From the NCBI RefSeq assembly GCF_001194135.2, contig NC_068982.1:192237158-192301157 (forward strand): a stretch of DNA of 64,000 nt, given 5' to 3'. Shown here piece after piece: positions 24,901-36,000 of this stretch (position 1 is the first letter of the stretch; each line of letters opens with the position of its first letter). The notes beneath the pieces were generated by a model. The model was not told where the DNA came from. It searched no databases and saw only the letters and a list, made by a program, of their open reading frames with translations. This DNA comes from Octopus bimaculoides (lineage: Eukaryota). Made by a program: the position numbers and the translations under genes.

Positions 24901-26314
24901 GGTCTGGCCCCTCTTTAGGTGTGTTTTGATTGAAGCGCATCTATGCTCTTATATTTGAATATTCAATTTCCTGGCTGCCAATGAAGGATGCTGAATATTT
25001 ACTGCTTCACCAAAACCACTCCATTTTAACACACACACATATATATATATACTTATGAGGATTATACATCACAGTTTGTGTATGTCTGAAAAACTAAGGA
25101 CCATAACTTTTCGTTACCCATAGTGGAGTTAAGTCCCTTGAAGAATTAATTTTAATAATTATACACTGAATGAAATTGAGAAATAATATTTTCATTTTTT
25201 CCCCCCTTCCCTCATTAAATAATGAAATATTTTTTGATGTCTGTCCATTATGGAGCTAATTTTACAACAGTGAAATGTTCGATTCGTCAAGAACCTCTCC
25301 CCTTCTTTAGAACAATTAGTGGGAAACATTGTTACAGTTCAGCTCCAGTTGAATAAGTTGAAGACAAAACAACTAATCTTTGAGAAGCAACAATGTAGCA
25401 TGTTTTTCTCACAATAGTAAAATATGATAGATTTATCGGTTATTGAAATAATAGTTGAAGTGATCAGAGAAGTAGAAGTTCCCTCATTGATTGGAAAATA
25501 TAAGGTTGGTCAATCAGTGAAACTGGTTTCAACAGACTTTTGCTACAGGCATTGTGGAACTGCAGCACCCCCTATTTTCACTCAATATTACCAATAACAT
25601 TCAATATAATAAGTCTTTCTTTCTTTATACATTTTATAATCCTTAAGCTTGATGTCAGTAGTCATCCCCTTGTTCGTGAAAAATTACAAAAATCCTTGTA
25701 TGGAAGGAACTGTGTGCTTTACAGTTCCAGCGATGTGGTGTTTGGCTGTTCTGTGCATGTGATTGTCTGAGGAAAGAAGCTGCGCACTGATTAGAGAGAG
25801 CCCTGTTGCTCACGCAGTGCCAACCCTGTTGTCTGAGTGTAATGTAGTGCTTATTTTGGACTCGGCTTGTGTTGTGCTTGAAAACCGTCTACCATATTCT
25901 TGAATGTGATTAACTGTACATGATTATCATGCTTTCAAGTTAGTCTATTTAGTTCATAGGTTTTTTTATTGTTTTATTGTATAGAAAATTTTAATTATTT
26001 AACTGTGACCTCCTTACATCCCAAAGAAAATAAGTTCTGTGACAGTAAGTGAGGACAGAATTGGGGAGTTGGAGATAAGCATAATGCATGAAGTGGAAAT
26101 GCGAGGAAGAGAAGAGATGTAGAGACGTAGTTTGGTTTGTTGTGGTAGAGTGTGTGAGAAGTTTTCTTGTTAAGTGTGGGTGGGGCACACAGCACTTCTA
26201 GAGCTCAGTTTCACTGATGTAGGTGGGTCTTCTTAAGAACCTCATATCACCAGACATCTCAATCTATTGTTATTTCCTCCATGAAGTCCAACATCCTAAG
26301 ATATATATATAAAC

Positions 26315-26635
26315 ATCATCATCATCATCATCATCTTTTAACGTCCGTTTTCCATGCTGGCAAGGGTTGGATGGTTTGACTGGGGTCTGGCAAGCCAGGA
26401 TCCAGTCTGATCTGGCAATGTTTCTACAGCTAGATGCCCTTCCTAACACCAACTGCTCTGAGAGTGTAGTGGGTGCTTTTTATATGCCACCAGCACAGGG
26501 GCCAGTCAGGATGAGGGGGCTGGCATTGACTATGTTTGGATGGTGCATTTTATGTGCCACCGGTACGGGAGCCAGTCAGGCAGCACTGGCATCGGCCATG
26601 TTTGGATGGTGCCTTTTACATGCCACCAGCACACA
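26315..26635 (-). mobile_element. RTE 3' UTR copy
   Basis: Same family as 3455-3718. Confidence 0.85.
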
Positions 26636-27457
26636 TATGAATATTATATACAGGTAAAAAATTAAGAAGTGCGTGCGTTACATAAATAATATTTTCAGGA
26701 TTAAATAAAAAGACAATAAACAGAAAATTTGACATACCTCTGTATAATTAAAAGAATGTGTAGTAAATAAACAAATGAACGTATACTAAATACACAGGTG
26801 AAGAGAAAGCCCAGAAGGTTACTGACCCCTCATCAGTTATTGGCCATTTCAGCCATTATTGATAAGATTGCTTCCAGTCTGGAGGCACTGGGAATGGGAC
26901 CAAGACATCACAAAATAAGACTGTTAGTGGACGAATGAGGGATAAAAAAATAAACAGAATAAAGGCTTAGGACCACATGAAGACAACAATTGATAATAAA
27001 AAATAATAATACATATACAACAAAAAAAGCCTGAGGGCTGCAAAGACAGACAAAAGTGGGTAACACAAAAGAGAAATTTCATTTCTCCTCCGATAACTGA
27101 TGAGGAGCTGGTGACCTTCTGGGCTTTCTCTTCACCTGTGCATTTAGTATACGTCCATTTGTTTATTTACAACACGCTTTTTTAAATTTCATATATNNNN
27201 NNNNNNNNNNNNNNNNNNNNNNNNNNNNNNNNNNNNNNNNNNNNNNNNNNNNNNNNNNNNNNNNNNNNNNNNNNNNNNNNNNNNNNNNNNNNNNNNNNNN
27301 NNNNNNNNNNNNNNNNNNNNNNNNNNNNNNNNNNNNNNNNNNNNNNNNNNNNNNNNNNNNNNNNNNNNNNNNNNNNNNNNNNNNNNNNNNNNNNNNNNNN
27401 NNNNNNNNNNNNNNNNNNNNNNNNNNNNNNNNNNNNNNNNNNNNNNNNNNNNNNNNN

Positions 27458-28412
27458 TCCTCAGTCAAATCATCCAACCCATGCTAGCATGGAAAGTGGA
27501 CGTTAAACGACGACGACGACGACGACGACAAACAGCCATGCTACATGGCAGTGAAACATGGGCTGTGACTGCTGAGGACATGCATAAGCTTGCGAGGAAT
27601 GAAGCCAGTATGCTCTGCTGGATGTGTAATGTCAGTGTGCATACATGACAGAGTGTAAGTGCCCTGAGAGAAAAGTTGGACTTAAGAAGCATCAGTTGTG
27701 GTGTGTAAGAGAGACGATTGCGCTGGTATGGTCATGTGGTGAGAATAGATAAGGACAACCGTGTGAAAAAGTGTCACACCCTAACGATTGAGGGAGCCTG
27801 TGGAAGAGGTAGACCCAGGAAGAGTTGGGATGAGGTGGTCAAGCACGACCTTCGAACATTAGGCCTCACCGAGGCAATGACTAGTGACCGAGACCTTTGG
27901 AAATATGCTGTGCTTGAGAAGACCCAGCAAGCCAAGTGAGACCATAACCCATGGCCTATGCCAGTGGTGTAACCAGCCCACTAATGCATACCTTTTTTTC
28001 ATTGGACACTAAACTCTGCTTGCAAAGACCTGTTCAGGAAAGTGAAATCGAAATCAAATTCGCTGACGCGGCTGATGACAGCACCGCCTGACTGGCATCC
28101 ATGCTGGTGGAATGTTAAGAGCACCATTCAAGCATGATCGTTGCCAGGGCCACTGACTGGCTCCTGTGCTGGTGGCATGTAAAATGCACCATTCGAGCAT
28201 GATCGTTACCAGTGTCGCCTTACTGGCACTTGTGCCAGTGGCACGTGAAAAGCAACATTCGAACAAGATCATTGCCAGTGACACTGGACTGGCCCCTGTG
28301 CAGGTGGCATGTAAAAAAACACTATTTGAACATGGCTGTTGCCAGTACCACCTGACTGGCCCTCGTGCCGGTGGCATGTCCAACCCATGACAACATGGAA
28401 AGCAGACGTTAA

Positions 28413-28446
<34 letters not shown>
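27458..28446 (+). mobile_element. RTE tail (27458-27528) followed directly by an RTE 3' fragment (RT C-terminus + 3' UTR with internal repeats + (GAT)n)
   Basis: AMLHGSETWAVT, RWYGHVVR..RGRPRKSWDEVVKHDL (ORF 27718-27939), then UTR ending gacgttaaa(tga)n. Confidence 0.85.
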
Positions 28447-28447
<1 letters not shown>

Positions 28448-28459
28448 ATAATTATCATC

Positions 28460-28642
28460 AGGAGTGGCTGTGTGGTAAGTAGCTTGCTTACCAACCACAT
28501 GGTTCCGGGTTCAGTCCCACTGCGTGGCACCTTGAGCAAGTGTCTTCTACTATAGCATCAGGCCGACCAAAGCCTTGTGAGTGGATTTGGTAGATAGAAG
28601 CTGAAAGAAGCCCATCGTATATATATGTGTGTGTGTGTGTGT
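28460..28642 (+). mobile_element. tRNA-derived CORE-like SINE (diverged minus-strand relatives at ~28960-29230 and ~43010-43090)
   Basis: A-box 28465-28475, B-box 28508-28518, core ggcaccttgagcaagtgtctt. Confidence 0.8.
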
Positions 28643-29467
28643 NNNNNNNNNNNNNNNNNNNNNNNNNNNNNNNNNNNNNNNNNNNNNNNNNNNNNNNNNN
28701 NNNNNNNNNNNNNNNNNNNNNNNNNNNNNNNNNNNNNNNNNNNNNNNNNNNNNNNNNNNNNNNNNNNNNNNNNNNNNNNNNNNNNNNNNNNNNNNNNNNN
28801 NNNNNNNNNNNNNNNNNNNNNNNNNNNNNNNNNNNNNNNNNNCCATACTTGCATGGGTCATTTGTTGAGGCAGATTTTTCTTTTCTACAGCCAGGAGGAT
28901 GCCTTTCCTGTCACTAACTTGCATCTGTTTCCAGGCAAAGAAATATTTCCCTGAGACCAGATATGCTTTCACGAAAGATTGCAAACAACATTACATGTTT
29001 AATGGTGATTGCTTGTTTTTCACAAGCATCATGGAAATATCAAAACAAGGCTATACATAAACACAAACACACTCACATATATATACAAAAGTCTTCTTTC
29101 GGTTTCTATTCACCAAATCCACTCATAAAGTTTTGGTCAGCCTGGGACTATGGGGATAAAGCACTTGTCCAAGGTGCTGCACAGTGGAACTGTTAACCCA
29201 AAAATGGTTTGGAAGCAAGCTTCTTAAACTACGCTACCACACCTTCATGGAAAGTGGGTGTTAAATGATGCTGAGGATATATATATATACATACATATCT
29301 TAGGTTTTGGTAGGGTACAAAGATAGGGTACTTCCAGAGAAGCATTCAACCCAAGTTCTGGGCTATGAATGCTGTTGGATTCCAGACCAATACTGAAATT
29401 CTTCAAGTGTAGAAAATCCTGGTTTCATGACAATAATACCATTTTGTGGGTTTGGTGAAGAGTAAAT

Positions 29468-29754
29468 TATAATCCAGATAATAAGAAGACAAAGAAATTC
29501 TTTAAAACATCTTTAACGATTCATTACAATTGCTTCTGTACACCTTTACATTGGCACAATGTAAAGGCTCACCCCTTTGATGCAAGTCTGATGAAGTGTC
29601 ACTCTAATGTCTAAAACTGCAAACATTGTATAAATTTTCACTTTGAAATTTTGCATAAACTGGCATTGCAAGCAGAGTTGGTACAGAAACAATTGTAATG
29701 AATTGTTAAAGATGTTTTAAAGAATTTCTTTGTCTTCTTCTTATTTAGATTATA
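29468..29754. repeat. Foldback element: 74-bp inverted arms around a 139-bp spacer
   Basis: 29468-29541 is the reverse complement of 29681-29754 with about 6 mismatches; perfect 11-bp internal hairpin at 29543-29567. Confidence 0.9.
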
Positions 29755-30077
29755 TATATATATATATTCAATTAGAGGTTAAAATAGCCTCATTAAGGGA
29801 TAGTAATACCCAATGGATTACTGGTTTATTGCCTAGAATTTTTGTGAATAATAATATTCATAAAATAATAGGTCTAAATATAAATCTTGGTTTATAAGTA
29901 TACAAAAGAATATTTAGAAAATGGAGATAAAGCATTAATATAATTTATTATCTGCAAAAATCCAACATATTCTCTTACAGCTGTTTCAATTTAGCCAAAA
30001 GATTTAAATTACAATAATTAAATCATTATATAAGGCAAAATCTCATCAGAGGGGTAGAAAAAATATACTGTTCGATT

Positions 30078-30150
30078 ATTAGATGTTGTGTTTTTGAATC
30101 ATCTCAGCAGACTCAGTCTGCTAAGATAATTCGAAAACACAACACCTAAT
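30078..30150. repeat. 73-bp near-perfect palindrome (36-bp arms, 1-nt centre at 30114)
   Basis: TGTTGTGTTTTTGAATCATCTCAGCAGACT-C-AGTCTGCTAAGATAATTCGAAAACACAACA plus a short outer extension; 4 mismatches. Confidence 0.95.
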
Positions 30151-30879
30151 GCTATATCTCCATTTTCTGAATTTTCTTTATATATATATATATATATATA
30201 TAATAATTTTTTTCCAGAGGATGTGGCAACCGTTACCAATATAGCATAAGAACTTACCTGAGGAGATCATTAATTAGATTCCTTAAGGGTCGTTCTCACA
30301 GTTTATATTTATNNNNNNNNNNNNNNNNNNNNNNNNNNNNNNNNNNNNNNNNNNNNNNNNNNNNNNNNNNNNNNNNNNNNNNNNNNNNNNNNNNNNNNNN
30401 NNNNNNNNNNNNNNNNNNNNNNNNNNNNNNNNNNNNNNNNNNNNNNNNNNNNNNNNNNNNNNNNNNNNNNNNNNNNNNNNNNNNNNNNNNNNNNNNNNNN
30501 NNNNNNNNNNNNNNNNNNNNNNNNNNNNNNNNNNNNNNNNNNNNNNNNNNNNNNNNNNNNNNNNNNNNNNNNNNNNNNNNNNNNNNNNNNNNNNNNNNNN
30601 NNNNNNNNNNNNNNNNNNNNNNNNNNNNNNNNNNNNNNNNNNNNNNNNNNNNNNNNNNNNNNNNNNNNNNNNNNNNNNNNNNNNNNNNNNNNNNNNNNNN
30701 NNNNNNNNNNNNNNNNNNNNNNNNNNNNNNNNNNNNNNNNNNNNNNNNNNNNNNNNNNNNNNNNNNNNNNNNNNNNNNNNNNNNNNNNNNNNNNNNNNNN
30801 ATCCCCACCCAATACATTCTGTTTTTGAGATCTTCCCTACCAAATAACACATTAACTGAAATCTTAAAAACAAACTAAC

Positions 30880-30915
30880 CTTCGGTTCTTCTGCAAAAAC
30901 TCTTGACTGATTAAC
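30880..30915 (-). other. Candidate 36-nt exon (phase 0, VNQSRVFAEEPK)
   Basis: catgttttag|GTTAAT...CCGAAG|gttagt; open frame. Confidence 0.25.
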
Positions 30916-31311
30916 CTAAAACATGAAAGCCTTTTCAAGCATTACACTCCACATTAATATGGAGAATAATGCTTGATTAAACAGTAAACAATATCAGCAG
31001 TTTTGACATGGATGAATGATTTTGAATGGAATGAGGAAACAGCATGAATTGAACCTGTGACTAACTCCAGAAAAGATGGTAGTATCGCTTTGATGTATTC
31101 TTCAGATTTCAGAATGAAAACCATCAGGTTATTAGCAGAGTTGTTAGTTTCCTGTCAATCTTGTAAAAGTAAAATAATTCCAGAGCTGATCACTTTCGAC
31201 ATGAATCACCTGAAGAAGTTCTTCCACTGAAAGCATCGTCTCAGCCATTTACTTGGGTTTTGCTTTTATAAAAAAGAAAAGAAAGAAAGAAAAAACATGG
31301 ACCAATCTGAC

Positions 31312-31398
31312 CATGAATGTATTTCCAGCAAGTTTTAACAGTTTCAACCATTGTAAAGTAAGGATCAACAAACTTGTTTTCCTCATAATCGTTGGCTT
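31312..31398 (-). other. Candidate 87-nt exon (phase 1/1, ANDYEENKFVDPYFTMVETVKTCWKYIH)
   Basis: ccttttctcag| acceptor, weaker |gtcaga donor, protein-like open frame. Confidence 0.3.
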
Positions 31399-31486
31399 CT
31401 GAGAAAAGGGTAAATCCTTTCCATGTGGTACAACATAAAATGCACAAGAACATACACACACACACACACACATATTACTTTTATAA

Positions 31487-31517
<31 letters not shown>

Positions 31518-31561
31518 GTGTGTGTGTGTGTTCATATATATATATATGTATGTATGTATGT

Positions 31562-31613
<52 letters not shown>

Positions 31614-33003
31614 TTACAAATACAGATAAACACGGAGGAAATAGTTGAGCTTGAGAATGAATTATAAAAATAAAAATAAATGTTGCCACAATAAATATGA
31701 AATCTCACACAGATTGTCAAGGAGAACTCCCAGAATAAAAATTTGGAAGAGAGAACATTCTGACACAATTTAAGAACAGATCATACTTTTAGGTTCTATG
31801 GTTGTTGTGGGAAAAAAACAAAAACCATTTACAATACACAAACACAGTTTTGGTATCACTACAGCAGCATTAACCTATTTTGAAGTAAAACTTTTCAAAC
31901 ATTTCATTTCAATCTCCACTGCCCCTCCCTCCAAATACTTCCAAGTTGCCAAAGTCACTGGCAACTGTTCGGCTAAAGGGTTGTGATTACTGCTCAAAGA
32001 ATTTACCCAGGATTCCAAAAGCAGGAGAATATTGAAGAGAGATTCCATTTTGTATTAGGGAAGCAAAATGGAAATTATTAAGTTTTTCTTTTTTTTTTTA
32101 AATCATAAAAACCTGGTTGGAATGTCCCTATATTCAACAAGACTGACGACTACTGAATGATTCTGTAAAGTTCACTAAATGCATAGCATTGAAGATAAAA
32201 CAAAATCGATAAAGTTCTAAGAGAAAAGAAAACAAGACTCTTTGTTCTTAACTTTTGCATCAAAAAATGTCCAATCTCAGCAGATTTGTTTGTTCAGTGA
32301 AATTCCTTTAAATGTTGTTGTTGTTGTTGTTGTAGTAAAATGAGACAACTTGAGTTTGGCATTTAATATAATCAGTGATATACCATGCACGTATATAAAA
32401 GTTCAAGACAGGATATCATATGTCATGATTCCAAAAGATTTTTCTTACTGATATCAAGGAAAAGGAGTGGAAGATAAATACACACACACACACACACACA
32501 CACAATCTGTTGCAGCCATTTGTAAAAAAAAAAAAATGTTCTGAAAATGTTGGTGAAATAAATTGAAAAAAGACTAAAATTCATTAATGAATCTGAAGAA
32601 GGAAAAAAATCACAGTTTTCTGAAAACAGCCACGACAAAAAAAGAAGGAATGAAATATTTGGTAAATTAATGAATTGACGCTTTTGTTTAGTTTTTATAC
32701 ATTATAAAGAAACATGTAAAGTCATGATTTTGATCAGCATAAAGCAGTTGTAAAGAAAAGGAGGGGTAGAAAGATGGACATGGAAAATATACAATGAATT
32801 CAGCAAAAAACATGAGCAGCTTTTAAATTTCCTAAACAACAAAGATAGCTTACTATCGTAAAGGTTGAAATTTTTAAAAAAACTGTCTTCAGCAATTAAT
32901 GTCATTTGTTTTTAAATTGTCACTGTGGAGAAATAAACTAAAACAATTTCTTTTCACAAACTTCTCTTATTTATTTATTTATTAAGATGGCTTCTCCAGA
33001 ATG

Positions 33004-33012
33004 ACTCACCTC
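33004..33012 (-). other. Consensus splice donor GAG|GTGAGT, 72 nt downstream of the stop of the large ORF
   Basis: Forward actcacctc at 33004-33012; exon would end at 33010. Confidence 0.55.
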
Positions 33013-33081
33013 AATCTTCAAAAGGAAGAAGTGAGGACCAAGTGGAGGAGAGTGTTTAGATTTGGAGAGGATAGTTGCAGT

Positions 33082-36000
33082 TTATGGAGGCAAAGACACT
33101 GCACATTGAAGTAAATTAGCAGCATTTTCACTGCCTGTTAAACACTTCTTCAGTTGTGGTAAAACATTATCTGCAACTAATAACATGTCATCTGTCTCAA
33201 CATGAGGTAGACTATCGTTTAACTTTAATAAAAAACTACTTTGCGACAAGGAACATTTCTGTACTGCAATATTGTGATAGAGAAGTTTGTCAAACACTGT
33301 GGAAGATATCCATGAAGGATTGACATCACTCAGAAGAAAATATCTCTCTCCATTGTGCTCAATAAATCTTACAACTCTATTACTTAGCTGTGTCATTCCT
33401 CCCAAAATGAATTCTTTGTCTGGAGATGGTGAGCTGATAGACACAGCCTTGTTCTGATCCTTATCAGAATCAGTTTGTCCGTTGGGTTGTTCACTGTTTA
33501 GTTCATAATTTGACAGGGGAACAGAATCACAGAGACCTGGCAAAGAAGAGGAAGTTTGTATACCATCAGATGGAGATTTGAAAACCCCATTTGAGCAATT
33601 TAGACTTAATGATGACCCCAAAACATTTGTTTCCAAATCTACTGACGATGGACATTTGTCTGGAATTGGATGCTCTGTAGAATCTTTATGTGACAGACAA
33701 GTTTTTAACGTACCATAAAGTGTTAAAGAATTATGTAAGTCAGTCTCCATATCTGCATTATATTTAAAACTTTCTGCTGACGGTTCAAATATGCCTGACA
33801 CTGGCCGCTTCGGTGGTTTACGATATAAATTGCAGCATTCTAGTTTTGTCAATGAACCTGGCTCTGCTGGAGATTGTTGGCAGAGACAAGAGCATTTATA
33901 ACCCGTTTTATGTAAAGATTCGACCGGATTCTCCCTGGCAGACACAAATGTATTTTGTTCAGTTTTTTCTCCCAAACCTTCAGACCATTTAGGATCAAAA
34001 ACACCCGTATTATCTGGATCCCAGTCTTGGACACATTTTACAAGCTTACATTCTTTAAAACTATAGAAGAAATGATAGAGGAGTTCTGCATCAGACAATA
34101 ACATGATACCAAGTGGCGTCGCTCGATTACCATTGAAGACCAGACTAGATTCTAAAAGGTACTTCAAGGCAAAAGACCTCATATAATGTGGCAGCTCTAA
34201 GTAAGGTAAACTATAGTCTCTATATTTAGTCCGATAAAACACAGTTTGATTTTTGCCAAGAAAACATTTTTGAACAACTTCTCGGACAATAACATATTTT
34301 TTTACATTAATGACTACACAGAGGAGTTTGTGACCATGGAACTTGACAAATTTATGAATGATAGAATGAGGAGGAGTATTGCTCACTTGAGAATAGCAAC
34401 TCCCGCTGAAAGCATGAGTCACACATCCAGTGAAATTAAGGTCTGTTTGATTTTGCTTGTCATGAAATGAACTGGGATCTTCATGATGCTGTATCAAATG
34501 TGGAGAAGTGAAAACACGGCCATATCTGACAGGACAACTCATTAAAATTCTATTATGCAGGGTTTGTAAATCATATTTTAATGGCAGGGGCAGTTGAAAG
34601 GGGTTTCCTGGTGAAAGCTGATTTTCAACAAATAATGTTTCAATGTGGTTTTCTCTTATATTTTCACAAGACTTGACCTCCTGAAACGACTTTTTATTTA
34701 CACATTTAGTTCTTTTCTTAAAACTAGTGCAGAATTTCTTTAGCAAACGACTCTTCCTTACTTGTTTGGACCATTTGAATTTCCTCGGTTGGGGTTTAGC
34801 AACTAAAGACAATGAATTTAAGATTCCTTGGCTTTTAACATCTTTGTGCTTTTCATTTTTTTTGTCTGAGTATAAAGTCTTGGGAATTTTATCAGGGTAC
34901 AGAGCTTTGAAGTCTGTGATTGTTTTGCATAATTTCACTTCACAGGAAGGAAGAGGAAACAAAGGATTGCACTGATTGTTTTTCGTGGTTGGTTTTGAAT
35001 TACTTTTAACAGGTTTCCGTAATGGTTCACCAACAGCAGAAGAGTCACAAATCCTTTCACTGATGAAACCACAGCTACTGACAGACACTATTTCACCATT
35101 CTTTGTTTTCGTGACAACCTCTTTGCAAGATTTGTCCAATAAATCTGATGGAACTACCACAGATGTCTTGGCTGACTTCTCTTTACTCAGAATCTTGTCA
35201 TTGTCTGTTTGTACTGGTTCTTCTGGTCTGGACATCACAGAGGATTTGCAACCATCAGAAATGTCAACCGATGTTTCATTCTTGGCCAATTCCATTGAAC
35301 AACTTTCTGTAACAGGACACACAATGACATCAGCATGAACAGTATCTTTTAATAAATGCTCAGATTTGGTCAAATTTGACAGATTATCACTAACAGGTTC
35401 TTCATAGTCAGTTACTATGGCAACAATATTTATATCCCCATTCTCACTGACCTCCAAGCACGGAGCTTTGTTCAAGTCTTCCAATTCTTCAATAACACAG
35501 ATTTTCTTGGAAAGATTTAAGAAATTCATTTCAGATTGATGAACCACAGTCACTTGGTCCTGTTTCTCATTATCTTTGACTTGTTTCTCATTATTAATCA
35601 ATTGAAAGATATCACCTGCAGCAACATTATCGAGTTTCTTTGGAGCAATTTCGGTTAAGCAACTACCAACAACAATTTCATTTGGTTGCTGTTCCTGCTG
35701 TTGTTGTTGTTGTTGTTGTTCTGGTGGTGGTGGTGGTGGTGGTGGTGGTGGTAACTGTTGTAGTTGTGGGGACTGCTTTTGTTGTGGTGGCTGTGGTTGT
35801 TGTAGTTGGGGTGACTGTTGTTGTTGTTGTTGTTCTTGCTGTAGTTTTGTTTTTAACTCTTGCAATTCTTCTTGTGTTTGTTGTTTTTGAAGCTGTCTTA
35901 AGTTTGGTTGTTGTTGTTGTTGTGACAGTTGAGATCCCTCCTCCTCCTCCTCCTCCCCTAGTTGTGATGAAACAACAGCAGCAATGATGCCTGGTGATGT

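Noticed and set aside
28460-28530. tRNA gene
   Set aside because: A and B boxes are present but there is no cloverleaf; the sequence continues into a repeated SINE body. The same applies at 20810 and ~59310.
30251-30262. Strong minus-strand donor CAG|GTAAGT
   Set aside because: The upstream acceptor would fall in the adjacent gap and the context looks repeat-derived; cannot be evaluated.
30283-30873. ORFs spanning N-runs (also at ~10.9-11.3, 27.2-27.5, 28.6-28.9 and 61.6-62.2 kb)
   Set aside because: Artefacts of translating assembly gaps.
31205-31245. Hammerhead CTGAAGA-AGT..ACT-GAAA
   Set aside because: Stems I and III do not pair.
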